Shown here one piece after another: positions 45,354 to 54,389 of a stretch of 64,000 nucleotides of DNA. The notes under the pieces are model-generated. The model had not been told where the DNA came from, searched no databases, and saw only the letters and a list, made by a program, of their open reading frames with translations. Location of the stretch: sequence record KJ019086.1; one strand, 5' to 3'. Both the position numbers and the translations under genes were made by a program. Numbering within the stretch: position 1 is the first letter of the stretch; every line of letters begins with the position of its first letter.

Positions 45354-45758
45354 ATGAATGAGGTAAGACTAGCAGCAATCAAATTAGATAGTGGTGAAGA
45401 AATTATATGCTATGTCGTAGACGTAGTAGATAGGGGTTTGAATAAGAACCTTATAATTAAAGATCCACTTAAAGTTGAATATGTAGAAAGTACTAGAAAG
45501 AAAGCATATAAATTTACTCCATGGTTTCTACTAACTACAAGTAGGGAACATGAAATAGACATGAATAAGATCTTTGCTATCACAGGTGTCTATGATGAAG
45601 AAGTTAAAAAAGAATACACTAAATCATTTCACTTACAAATTGGACCACATAGTTTCAACCATACCAGTGAAACGGGTTATGTTGGGTCAGTGAATAAATT
45701 TAGAAAGCTTCTGGAGAAGATCTATAAGGAGGTGCCAAGTTCTCCTGATGAATGCTAA
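45354..45758 (+). CDS. Conserved hypothetical protein with Sm-like N-terminal fold (134 aa)
   Basis: IKLDSGEEIICYV...LIIKDP...FTPW pattern; usual slot between uvsW and gp55. Confidence 0.7.
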   Translation: MNEVRLAAIKLDSGEEIICYVVDVVDRGLNKNLIIKDPLKVEYVESTRKKAYKFTPWFLLTTSREHEIDMNKIFAITGVYDEEVKKEYTKSFHLQIGPHSFNHTSETGYVGSVNKFRKLLEKIYKEVPSSPDEC

Positions 45759-45785
45759 GCGACCCCTTTTCAACTCCACAAGAGT

Positions 45786-45814
45786 ATTATAACGACCACC
45801 GGTCCAAATGGCAA
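45786..45814 (-). promoter_or_regulatory. Antisense sigma70-type promoter (TTGCCA-17-TATAAT)
   Basis: Reverse complement of tggcaa (45809-14) and attata (45786-91) with a 17-bp spacer. Confidence 0.6.
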
Positions 45815-45816
45815 GT

Positions 45817-45846
45817 ATGACCCCCAAGGGATTCGTGTGTTATAAT
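45817..45846 (+). promoter_or_regulatory. Sigma70-type promoter for gp55
   Basis: ATGACC, 18-bp spacer, extended -10 TGtTATAAT. Confidence 0.65.
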
Positions 45847-45876
45847 ATAAACATACTCAGATCCTAAGGAAATGAC

Positions 45877-46353
45877 ATGGCAAAGGCTAAATCAGAACAC
45901 TACGTAAACAATAAAGAGTTGCTAGCAGCACTCATCGATTATCGTGATAGGTTGGATATCGCAAGAAGAAGAGATTTACCTAAACCACGTATCAGTAACT
46001 ACGTAGGAGAGTGTTTCCTTAAGATTGCCACTCACCTTTCATACAAACCCAACTTCGTTAACTACATGTTCCGTGAGGACATGATCTCGGATGGTATCGA
46101 GAACTGCGTACAATACATTCACAACTTTGACCCTAATAAGTCCAGAAACCCCTTTGCCTACTTCACTCAGATCATCCACTATGCTTTTCTGCGTAGGATC
46201 CAAAGAGAGAAGAGACAACTAGACATCAAGAACAAGATTGTCGAGAAGACTGGTTTCGAGTCTCTGATGACAAGTGACACTAACTTGACAAACGAGTATA
46301 GGAACGATTATAATGCCATCAGGGAAAACATTATTAACAAACTGAACTCATGA
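45877..46353 (+). CDS. gp55: Late transcription sigma factor gp55
   Basis: HYVNNKELL, CFLKIA.HLSYKPNF.NY, NFDP.KSRNPFAYFTQII.YAFLRRI. Confidence 0.97.
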   Translation: MAKAKSEHYVNNKELLAALIDYRDRLDIARRRDLPKPRISNYVGECFLKIATHLSYKPNFVNYMFREDMISDGIENCVQYIHNFDPNKSRNPFAYFTQIIHYAFLRRIQREKRQLDIKNKIVEKTGFESLMTSDTNLTNEYRNDYNAIRENIINKLNS

Positions 46354-46514
46354 ATCAGTACCCCACATCTTCTGATAATAGAAGGAATGATGCACATCAA
46401 GAAGGCAGAACAACTTATATTAGTGAATCTGAATGCAAGGAATGTGGGTGTGTAGTCAAACTCGTATGGTCCAATAGGTGTCATTTCTGCACCATCAATA
46501 AATCAAACTCATAA
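46350..46514 (+). CDS. Small Cys-rich zinc-ribbon-like protein (54 aa, not in ORF track)
   Basis: ATGA overlap with the gp55 stop; MNQYPTSSDNRRNDAHQEGRTTYISESECKECGCVVKLVWSNRCHFCTINKSNS. Confidence 0.6.
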   Translation: MNQYPTSSDNRRNDAHQEGRTTYISESECKECGCVVKLVWSNRCHFCTINKSNS

Positions 46515-46529
46515 AGGGAACAAACTAGA

Positions 46530-47579
46530 ATGGCATTGATCGCAGTTATAACTGACACTCACTATGGGGCGAGAAAGGGTGCTCAGTATCTTCATGATCA
46601 CTTTGAGAAGTTCTACTCTGAAGTATTCTTCCCCACACTAAAGGAGAGAGGTGTCAAAACCATTCTCCATATGGGTGATGCCTTTGATAGTAGGAAGTCT
46701 ATTGGGTTTGAAACACTCAACTGGGCAAAGAGAGTTGTATTCAATCCCATGGCAGAATACGATGTCCATATGATCGTGGGAAACCATGATTGTTACTACA
46801 AATCCACCAACAAGACTAACTCTCCAGGTCTCCTACTAAAAGACTACGACAATATCACCACATACCATAGTCCTACAGAGGTAACTCTAGAGGGTATGAA
46901 TACACTTCTACTGCCTTGGATATGTGATGAGAACAGGGAAGAGTCCTTGAAGATGATTAAGAACTCTACATCGAAGTTCGCTGCTGGTCACCTAGAACTG
47001 GATGGGTTTGAGGCATACCGAGGACATACTTATAGAGATGGTAAGTTGGACAACGGAGTATTCGACAACTTCGATAAAGTGTTCTCAGGACACTTCCACA
47101 CCCGTTCAGACAACGGGAAGATCTTCTATGTGGGTAATCCATATGAGATGTATTGGAACGATGTGAATGACCCCAGAGGGTTTGTTCTACTGGATACTGA
47201 AACCCTAGAGGTTGAGTATGTGAATAACCCGCACACTCTATTCTCTGTTATCTACTACGAAGATACTAACTACAAACTCTTCAATGCCAAAGAGTATGAA
47301 GGTAAGATTGTAAAGGTTATTGTCAGGAAGAATACTGACAGGAAACTCTTTGATAAGTTCCTAAACAAACTTATGAAGACCAATATCCTAGACATGAAGA
47401 TCGTAGAGAACTTCAATGTTCAGGAAGGGGAAGACTTCCAGGTAGAAGATATCGAAGAGAACACTCTATCAATTCTCAACCGATATGTAGATGAAGCAGA
47501 CTATGAAGATAGTTCTATTCAGAAAGATGATATTAAGAATCTTATCTCCCAAATCTACCGAGAGGCATGTGAAGTATGA
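46530..47579 (+). CDS. gp47: Recombination endonuclease subunit gp47 (Mre11/SbcD-like)
   Basis: ITDTHYGAR, HMGDAFD, VGNHD, FSGHFH metallophosphoesterase motifs. Confidence 0.97.
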   Translation: MALIAVITDTHYGARKGAQYLHDHFEKFYSEVFFPTLKERGVKTILHMGDAFDSRKSIGFETLNWAKRVVFNPMAEYDVHMIVGNHDCYYKSTNKTNSPGLLLKDYDNITTYHSPTEVTLEGMNTLLLPWICDENREESLKMIKNSTSKFAAGHLELDGFEAYRGHTYRDGKLDNGVFDNFDKVFSGHFHTRSDNGKIFYVGNPYEMYWNDVNDPRGFVLLDTETLEVEYVNNPHTLFSVIYYEDTNYKLFNAKEYEGKIVKVIVRKNTDRKLFDKFLNKLMKTNILDMKIVENFNVQEGEDFQVEDIEENTLSILNRYVDEADYEDSSIQKDDIKNLISQIYREACEV

Positions 47580-47869
47580 GAGACGCATGTTATATCATTA
47601 CTGCATCAGAAGCAAAGGGTATGGATGTATACACCATCAAGTCTGAGGGTGTGAAGAATGTTCTAATCTTTGAGAAAGGTGAAGACGCTGAGAGGTATGT
47701 TATAATGTTGAATGAAGATGAAGGATATATTGTGGGCGAAACACTAGAACTAGAAGTTTTTGAGGTTCCACTATCTGCCGTGGTAGAATCCCTGAACGAG
47801 AAAGGTTATAGTTACATCTATGTGAAACCCGATGACCTGTTTATTCCACCTGATGCCAAGAAAGTTTAA
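47576..47869 (+). CDS. DUF3110-like cyanobacterial protein
   Basis: VY.I......VL.FE..EDAERY..ML pattern; usual slot between gp47 and gp46. Confidence 0.6.
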   Translation: MRDACYIITASEAKGMDVYTIKSEGVKNVLIFEKGEDAERYVIMLNEDEGYIVGETLELEVFEVPLSAVVESLNEKGYSYIYVKPDDLFIPPDAKKV

Positions 47870-47871
47870 TT

Positions 47872-49599
47872 ATGTTGTTGTTTAAGAAACTGAGATGGCA
47901 GAACTTCCTATCCACTGGAGACAAGGGTATTGAAGTTGATTTCCTAATGAATAATACCAACCTCATCATTGGTAGTAATGGTGCTGGTAAGAGTACTCTT
48001 TTGGATGCTCTCACCTTTGTCCTATTCAACAAAGCGTTTAGGCGTGTGTCAAAACCGCAACTAGTTAATAGTATCACTGAGAAGAAGTGTGTAGTTGAGA
48101 TTGAGTTTGAAACAAATAATAAGAACTACTTGGTTCGCCGTGGAATCAAACCCAATGTATTTGATATAGTAGTAGATGGGGAACTACTAGACAAGCGTGG
48201 TGATGATAGAGATAACCAGAAACTATTAGAAGAGAATATTCTTAAGGTCAATTATAAATCATTCACTCAGGTCATTATCCTTGGAGCATCTACCTTTGTT
48301 CCTTTCATGCAACTCACAGCTTCTAATCGTAGAGATGTAATTGAGGACCTACTAGACATCCGTGTGTTTAGTCAGATGTCAGGTATTGTCAAAGATCGTA
48401 TCAGACAACTCCGCGAAGATATCAAGATTCTAGATCTCAAGAGGGGATCTCTTAGAGATAAGTCTGAGATGCAGAAGAACTTTATCAATGAGATTACTAA
48501 GAAGGGTGAGAGTAATATTGAATCTAAAGGAGAGAAGATCAAGACTCTATTGTTTGAGAAGCAAACTCTAGAATCTGAGAACATCACAACTCTAACTAAA
48601 CTGAAAGAACTTCAGGATGAGTTGGAGGGACTAGAGGATGCTTCTGATAAACTACGTAAGTTGGGTAGTCTAAGGGGTAAGATTTCCCAGAAGATTACTA
48701 CACTCACTAAGGAACACAAGTTCTTCAAAGACAATGCTTCCTGTCCTACCTGTACTCAGGATATTGATGAAGAGTTTCGTAGTGTCAGACTAAGTGAGTT
48801 GGGTGACAAAGCAAAGGAGATGAATAAAGGGTTTAAAGAACTAGAAGATACTATTGAACGAGAAGAGAACCGAGAGAATGAGTTTAAGAGTATCTCCAAA
48901 CAGATCCTAGAACTAAACACCCAGGTAAGCACCAATAATACAAAGAACACCAGTATCAGTATGAATATTGGTGATCTCGAAAGTGAGATTGGATCTATCA
49001 GGCACTCCATTGATAACCAAACAGAGGAGAAAGAGAAACTAGATCGTTTCCAAGATGACCTGAGTCGAGTATTTGATACCCTCTCCACTAGAAACTCTGA
49101 GATGGATAACAATAAGTTTGTCTATGAGTTACTGAAAGATGGTGGAGTGAAGACTAATATCATCCGCAAGTACATCCCCTTCATCAACAAACAGGTGAAT
49201 AGGTATCTCCAGATGATGGAGTTCTATATTAACTTCGAGTTAGATGAAGAGTTTAATGAGACTGTAGTATCACCTATCCATGAGAACTTCTCATACTCTT
49301 CCTTCTCTGAGGGTGAGAAGATGAGAATTGACTTGGCACTTCTATTCACCTGGAGAGAAGTTGCTAGGGTTAGAAACTCTGTGAATACTAACCTCCTAAT
49401 TATGGATGAGGTGTTTGATAGTTCTCTAGATGGTTTTGGAACAGAAGAGTTCCTCAAAATCATCAGATATGTTGTCCAAGATGCTAATGTATTCATTATT
49501 AGTCACAAACAAGAACTCCACGAACGTTTCGATAGTGTTCTACGATTTGAAAAGGATAGAGGGTTCTCCAAACTAACTCTAAATAAAACAAACGATTAA
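47872..49599 (+). CDS. gp46: Recombination ATPase gp46 (Rad50/SbcC-like)
   Basis: GSNGAGKST, CPTC hook, FSEGEKMRIDLALL, LIMDEVFD. Confidence 0.97.
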   Translation: MLLFKKLRWQNFLSTGDKGIEVDFLMNNTNLIIGSNGAGKSTLLDALTFVLFNKAFRRVSKPQLVNSITEKKCVVEIEFETNNKNYLVRRGIKPNVFDIVVDGELLDKRGDDRDNQKLLEENILKVNYKSFTQVIILGASTFVPFMQLTASNRRDVIEDLLDIRVFSQMSGIVKDRIRQLREDIKILDLKRGSLRDKSEMQKNFINEITKKGESNIESKGEKIKTLLFEKQTLESENITTLTKLKELQDELEGLEDASDKLRKLGSLRGKISQKITTLTKEHKFFKDNASCPTCTQDIDEEFRSVRLSELGDKAKEMNKGFKELEDTIEREENRENEFKSISKQILELNTQVSTNNTKNTSISMNIGDLESEIGSIRHSIDNQTEEKEKLDRFQDDLSRVFDTLSTRNSEMDNNKFVYELLKDGGVKTNIIRKYIPFINKQVNRYLQMMEFYINFELDEEFNETVVSPIHENFSYSSFSEGEKMRIDLALLFTWREVARVRNSVNTNLLIMDEVFDSSLDGFGTEEFLKIIRYVVQDANVFIISHKQELHERFDSVLRFEKDRGFSKLTLNKTND

Positions 49600-49604
49600 A
49601 TCTT

Positions 49605-49733
49605 ATGAAAAGGTTCTTGTTATTTGGTGCTATATTTGCACTAGTTGGGGCTGGACTATCACATGGTCAGTTCCACCTCTACAACTCTTCTGTTCCACAT
49701 GTTCATGAAAATGGAGTAATTCATTCACACTAA
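49605..49733 (+). CDS. Small His-rich membrane/secreted peptide (42 aa, not in ORF track)
   Basis: MKRFLLFGAIFALVGAGLSHGQFHLYNSSVPHVHENGVIHSH; fills the gp46-oxygenase gap exactly; CTAAATA at 49579. Confidence 0.7.
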   Translation: MKRFLLFGAIFALVGAGLSHGQFHLYNSSVPHVHENGVIHSH

Positions 49734-49737
49734 TATT

Positions 49738-50460
49738 ATGCAAGGTCTAGATCTAGTTATTGAATACCCAAACGTATTTCCCGATGATCTATGTGATGAG
49801 ATGATCGAGAGGTTTGAGAAGGATGATAGGAAAAGTAAGGGACATAACGGCTCCTTTGGACCTGAATTTACAACAGATAAGGTATCAATAGACCTATACT
49901 ATACAGGACTACCCGAATGGGTTGATATTGATACTAAATCATTTGAGTTAATAACACCCTATGTTGCGGAATATGTGAATTTATTGAGTGATAACTTCCA
50001 CATGAAGGAAACTGCTTTTATAAATGACCAGGGATATCAGATACAGAGAACTGATCCTGGTGGATTCTTTAGTTGGCACTGTGACCATACTTCATATCCA
50101 ATACTAGACCAACGCCTTATCAATACGCAGGGTGGTGATTCATATTGTATTCGTGATAGGATAGCTACCTATATCATATACTTAAATGACAGAACTGGAC
50201 TATCTGATGGAGTTACAGAGTTTGGGTTTGGTGATAACTTGAAGACAGTCACTGCAGAAAAAGGAAAACTCATCATGTTTCCTGCTAACATTTTATATCC
50301 ACATAGGGGAACTACCCTGGAAAATGGAGTAAAATACTTAATGACAGGTTGGGTAGTCCGTGACGCAGTGATGAGATCTGAAATTTCACCACAAGATTAT
50401 GAAGAAAGGTTTGAGAGATACGAGAGGATGCCCTATCTCACTCCAATGGACAATCGATAA
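49738..50460 (+). CDS. 2OG-Fe(II) oxygenase superfamily protein
   Basis: WHCD, R..TYIIYLND, G.T.F, KGKLIMFP...YPH.G, KY motifs. Confidence 0.9.
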   Translation: MQGLDLVIEYPNVFPDDLCDEMIERFEKDDRKSKGHNGSFGPEFTTDKVSIDLYYTGLPEWVDIDTKSFELITPYVAEYVNLLSDNFHMKETAFINDQGYQIQRTDPGGFFSWHCDHTSYPILDQRLINTQGGDSYCIRDRIATYIIYLNDRTGLSDGVTEFGFGDNLKTVTAEKGKLIMFPANILYPHRGTTLENGVKYLMTGWVVRDAVMRSEISPQDYEERFERYERMPYLTPMDNR

Positions 50461-50504
50461 ACTGTCCACCCCCACCAGTCATGGGGGTTTTTCTATGCCA
50501 TAAT
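50447..50504 (+). promoter_or_regulatory. Two-box inverted repeat, terminator-like hairpin and extended -10 (early/middle promoter cassette)
   Basis: TGGACA-N10-TGTCCA, hairpin accccca/tgggggt with T-run (50468-50492), then TGcCATAAT. Confidence 0.6.
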
Positions 50505-50528
50505 AGGTTCATACCAAGGGAAACACCT

Positions 50529-52670
50529 ATGATCAACCTAGAAGTCAAAGGACAACTAGCGAAGCTCCTAGCAACTGAGGATCTTATTGTGGAACACCGC
50601 AATGTAGATACCGCTATGTTCAATGTGGATACTCGCGTCCTGACTCTTCCTAGGTGGGATAAAGCAAGTAATACCGTATTTGATCTTCTAATCTCACATG
50701 AGGTTGGACACGCCCTCTTCACTCCTAATGAAGACTGGACTAGTAAGGTATCTTGTCCAAAGATGTTTGTGAATGTAACTGAGGACGCTCGTATTGAGTC
50801 TCTGATGAAGCGTAGGTTTGGTGGACTACCCAAGACTTTCTATAACGGATATAAGGAGTTATACAATGAAGACTTCTTTGGTATTGGTGATGAAGACCCA
50901 TCTGGTATGCAGATTGCAGATAGGGTAAACCTACACTTCAAAGTTGGCAACTTTATCAAGATTCCCTTCACTAAAGAGGAACAGGTTGTTGTTGATCAGA
51001 TTGCTAGTGCAAAGACTTTCAAAGACGCATTAGAATCCGCTGAGGCATTATATGCCCTTCATAAAATAGAGAAAGAAGAGAAAGTGGAAGAGGTGATAGC
51101 ACCAATATCAGGTGATGATGGTGGTGAATCTGATAAAGAAGATAAAGATGGTGAGGAAGAAACAATCCAAACAGAAACTGATAGTGGGGTTGAGGGTGGA
51201 GATAATACTGATGATGAACCAGGAGATTCTGAATCTAATACAGAAGACACAGTAGATAGTTCTGGTGGTGGAGATCAGAGTGATATAGATGATGACATAG
51301 TGAAGACTATGGAGAATGTGGAGGATAAACTAAAAGATCTAACCAACCCAAACCTCAGTGGTGAACCAATATATCTTACCCACCCTAAGATTAATTTGGA
51401 TAAAGTTGTTATTTCCAATGAAACAGTTCACGAACGCATTGCCAGACACTGGAATATTCGTTTGTCACTACTCAAAACTGAGGATGAATCGAAACTAAAG
51501 GAAGTTGAATACTTTATCCATAGGGATTATGGTAGACATGAAGAAAGTTTCAGGAAGTTTAGGAAAGATATTCAACCTGAAGTTAACTATATGGTGAAAG
51601 AGTTTGAGTGTAAGAAGTCCGCAGATGCATACTCACGGGCAACAGTTTCTAAGACTGGTGTTCTGGATTGCACCAAACTACATACTTACAGATACAATGA
51701 AGATCTGTTCAGGAAAGTAACAACTCTCCCTGAAGGTAAGAACCATGGTTTGATATTTGTTCTTGACTGGAGTGGTTCCATGTGTGAGGTTCTTTCCAAC
51801 ACTGTGAAGCAACTCCTATCACTGGTTATGTTCTGTGATAAAGTTGGTATTCCTTTTGATGTGTATACCTTCACCAATGACTACAACAAATATGATCCAT
51901 ATGCTCCCAGAGAACTTGGGGAGGTGAATACCTTTGATCTAGGTGGCAATTTCAATATGGTGAATATTCTAACTAGTAAGGTTAATCGTAAGACTCTAAC
52001 CAAACAGATGGAGAGAATCTATATGATTGCCGAAATGTTTACCTATGGTAACTATGGATGTGTTCCTGATTGTATGTGCCTCTCAGGAACTCCCCTGAAT
52101 GAAGCTATCCTCACTCTTCACTCAATTCTCCCTAAGTTCCAGAGTGAAAACAATGTTCAGAAAACACATACTATCATTCTTACTGATGGTGAAGCGGGTG
52201 GTTCTAGATGTGTAAAGGAAAATAACCAGGAAGGTGGGCGTGGTAAGTATGTTAGTCGTTTTGTTGGTAACCATACTTACCTCCGTAATAGGAAAACAGG
52301 TGTAACTCGTAAGATTGAAACCTTTGGTGTCACTAAAGACCTATTAGAAGATCTCCGTGAAACCTTCCCCCACAGCACTTTCACCGGGTTTCGTATTCTA
52401 GAAATTGGTGGTAGTTGGTTTGTTCGTCAGGCTGTTGGTTATGATCAACAGAAACTAACAGAATGGAAAAAGAACAAATCAATTTGTTTAGAAAACCAAG
52501 GTTATAATAAATACTTTGTTATACAATCAAACAAACTCAAGTATGATACTGAGTTTGATGTTGATGAAGGAGCTACAAAAGCGAAGATCAAATCCTCATT
52601 CGCCAAGTCCCTCAAAGGAAAGAAGAATAATAAAAGGATTCTCGGAGACTTTATTGGAATGATCGCGTGA
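50529..52670 (+). CDS. Metallopeptidase-like (HExxH) plus VWA/MIDAS domain protein, CobT-like partner of CobS
   Basis: Start reassigned to ATG 50529; HEVGH, NVTEDARIE, acidic linker, VLDWSGSM, GTPLNE, LTDGE. Confidence 0.85.
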   Translation: MINLEVKGQLAKLLATEDLIVEHRNVDTAMFNVDTRVLTLPRWDKASNTVFDLLISHEVGHALFTPNEDWTSKVSCPKMFVNVTEDARIESLMKRRFGGLPKTFYNGYKELYNEDFFGIGDEDPSGMQIADRVNLHFKVGNFIKIPFTKEEQVVVDQIASAKTFKDALESAEALYALHKIEKEEKVEEVIAPISGDDGGESDKEDKDGEEETIQTETDSGVEGGDNTDDEPGDSESNTEDTVDSSGGGDQSDIDDDIVKTMENVEDKLKDLTNPNLSGEPIYLTHPKINLDKVVISNETVHERIARHWNIRLSLLKTEDESKLKEVEYFIHRDYGRHEESFRKFRKDIQPEVNYMVKEFECKKSADAYSRATVSKTGVLDCTKLHTYRYNEDLFRKVTTLPEGKNHGLIFVLDWSGSMCEVLSNTVKQLLSLVMFCDKVGIPFDVYTFTNDYNKYDPYAPRELGEVNTFDLGGNFNMVNILTSKVNRKTLTKQMERIYMIAEMFTYGNYGCVPDCMCLSGTPLNEAILTLHSILPKFQSENNVQKTHTIILTDGEAGGSRCVKENNQEGGRGKYVSRFVGNHTYLRNRKTGVTRKIETFGVTKDLLEDLRETFPHSTFTGFRILEIGGSWFVRQAVGYDQQKLTEWKKNKSICLENQGYNKYFVIQSNKLKYDTEFDVDEGATKAKIKSSFAKSLKGKKNNKRILGDFIGMIA

Positions 52671-52725
52671 CACTCTACGAACTGGCACAATGGGGGGTTG
52701 CAGGAATCCCCTTCCCGTGTATAAT
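52667..52725 (+). promoter_or_regulatory. Two-box element plus sigma70-type promoter for cobS
   Basis: GTGACA-N10-TGGCAC, TTGCAG, extended -10 TGTATAAT. Confidence 0.6.
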
Positions 52726-52758
52726 AGTTGTATACCAAACAAGGAAACCACAAACTCA

Positions 52759-53892
52759 ATGGCCCGACTCGCTATGACAACTGATCAAATTGTTGAGAAA
52801 CTGAAAGAGACCTATGGTGAGAACGTAACTACAGCTGAACTCAAAGCCTTCTGTGCTATGAATGATTGTGGTTACCCTACAGTCACTCGTCGATTGGAAG
52901 AATATAAGTCTGGTCGTGGTCGTTGGGATCTAACCCTAAACGAGAAGTTGGAACAAACCTATCAAGGACCATCTGGTGTCCCTGCTGTTATGGATATTTC
53001 AGAAACAAACCTTGTTCCAGACAAAGATAGTAACTTTGTTTCATTCGGTAACTTCACTGATTTGAAACAAGTCATCAAGTCTGGTATCTTCTATCCTACC
53101 TTTATCACTGGTTTATCTGGTAACGGAAAAACCTTTGGTGTAGAACAAGCTTGTGCTCAACTTGGTAGGGAACTGATTCGAGTAAATATTACAATTGAAA
53201 CCGATGAAGACGATCTTATTGGTGGTTTCCGTCTCATTGATGGTGCTACTGTTTGGCATAATGGTCCAGTCATCGAGGCTCTGGAACGGGGAGCTGTTCT
53301 TCTTCTAGATGAAATTGATCTGGCTTCTAACAAGATTCTTTGTCTTCAATCTATCCTAGAAGGTAAGGGAGTATTCCTCAAGAAGATTGGTAAGTTTGTG
53401 AGACCTACCAATGGGTTCAACGTGATTGCAACCGCAAATACAAAGGGTAAGGGTTCTGACGATGGTAGGTTTATTGGAACTAATGTTCTGAATGAAGCAT
53501 TCCTAGAACGTTTCCCTGTAACCTTTGAGCAGGAATATCCAGTAGCATCAGTAGAAACTAAACTCCTGAAGAAGTACGCTTCTTCATTGGGTATTGTAGA
53601 TGATAAGTTTTGTAAGTATCTGGCAGACTGGGGTGATATCATCCGTAAAACATTCTATGATGGTGGTGTAGATGAGGTTATCTCCACACGACGTTTGGTT
53701 CACATCCTTCGGGCATATAGTATCTTTGATGACAAATCAAAGGCAGTTGCTATCTGTCTAAACAGGTTTGATGATGAAACCAAACAAGCCTTTATGGATC
53801 TCTATGACAAGATTGACAACGAAGTCACCTTTCAATTTGGTGAAGGCACCGACAACGTTCAGTACTCTGAAACACCAGATACAAACTTCTAA
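52759..53892 (+). CDS. cobS: CobS-like MoxR-type AAA+ ATPase
   Basis: Start reassigned to ATG 52759; GLSGNGKT, DLIGG, LLLDEID, ATANTKGKG, NEAFLERF. Confidence 0.92.
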   Translation: MARLAMTTDQIVEKLKETYGENVTTAELKAFCAMNDCGYPTVTRRLEEYKSGRGRWDLTLNEKLEQTYQGPSGVPAVMDISETNLVPDKDSNFVSFGNFTDLKQVIKSGIFYPTFITGLSGNGKTFGVEQACAQLGRELIRVNITIETDEDDLIGGFRLIDGATVWHNGPVIEALERGAVLLLDEIDLASNKILCLQSILEGKGVFLKKIGKFVRPTNGFNVIATANTKGKGSDDGRFIGTNVLNEAFLERFPVTFEQEYPVASVETKLLKKYASSLGIVDDKFCKYLADWGDIIRKTFYDGGVDEVISTRRLVHILRAYSIFDDKSKAVAICLNRFDDETKQAFMDLYDKIDNEVTFQFGEGTDNVQYSETPDTNF

Positions 53893-54333
53893 ATGATTTA
53901 TCCTACTATGAACTCCTGGTCTATGTTATTCGATGAAATTGGTGAAATCAATTTCGATGAATCTGAATACTCCAAAGATATTACTATCCAACCCAACACT
54001 ATGAACGAAACACCCAAAGACGAAAGATTCTGGAGGTATAATGAGGGTAAGATTCTCCGTGAAGTAGAATCTTATCTCTCAGGTACCTACAAAGGTCACT
54101 ATGTTGGTGGTGAAACCAAAATCCAAACACTAGACCTTATTGATTCTATTGGTGACTCTGAATCCTTCTGTAGATCTAACGCAATCAAATATCTCTCTAG
54201 GTTTGGGAAGAAGGAGGGCAAAAACCAGAAGGATCTCCTGAAGGTTATTCACTATGCAATCCTCCTTTATCACTTTGCAGGACTACCCTTCACAGAAGAC
54301 GCTGTGGAAACTCACTCGCCTACTGGGCGTTAA
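53893..54333 (+). CDS. DUF3310/SaV-like conserved phage protein
   Basis: WRYNEGKIL...TY.GHY, FCRSNAIKYLSRFGKKEG, DLLKVIHYAILL; the start may be the ATG at 54001. Confidence 0.75.
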   Translation: MIYPTMNSWSMLFDEIGEINFDESEYSKDITIQPNTMNETPKDERFWRYNEGKILREVESYLSGTYKGHYVGGETKIQTLDLIDSIGDSESFCRSNAIKYLSRFGKKEGKNQKDLLKVIHYAILLYHFAGLPFTEDAVETHSPTGR

Positions 54334-54389
54334 CCCATATCTGTGTTATAATACACAGGAAACCATCTCATCCTTTATCTTTTATATTA

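Noticed and set aside
50481-52758. Upstream in-frame starts at 50481 and 52690
   Set aside because: Both extensions run through promoter/hairpin elements; the ATGs at 50529 and 52759 follow better ribosome-binding sites.
52759-53892. Functional cobalamin biosynthesis pathway
   Set aside because: Only a CobS-like AAA+ and a VWA partner are present; there is no cobN or other cob gene in the window.
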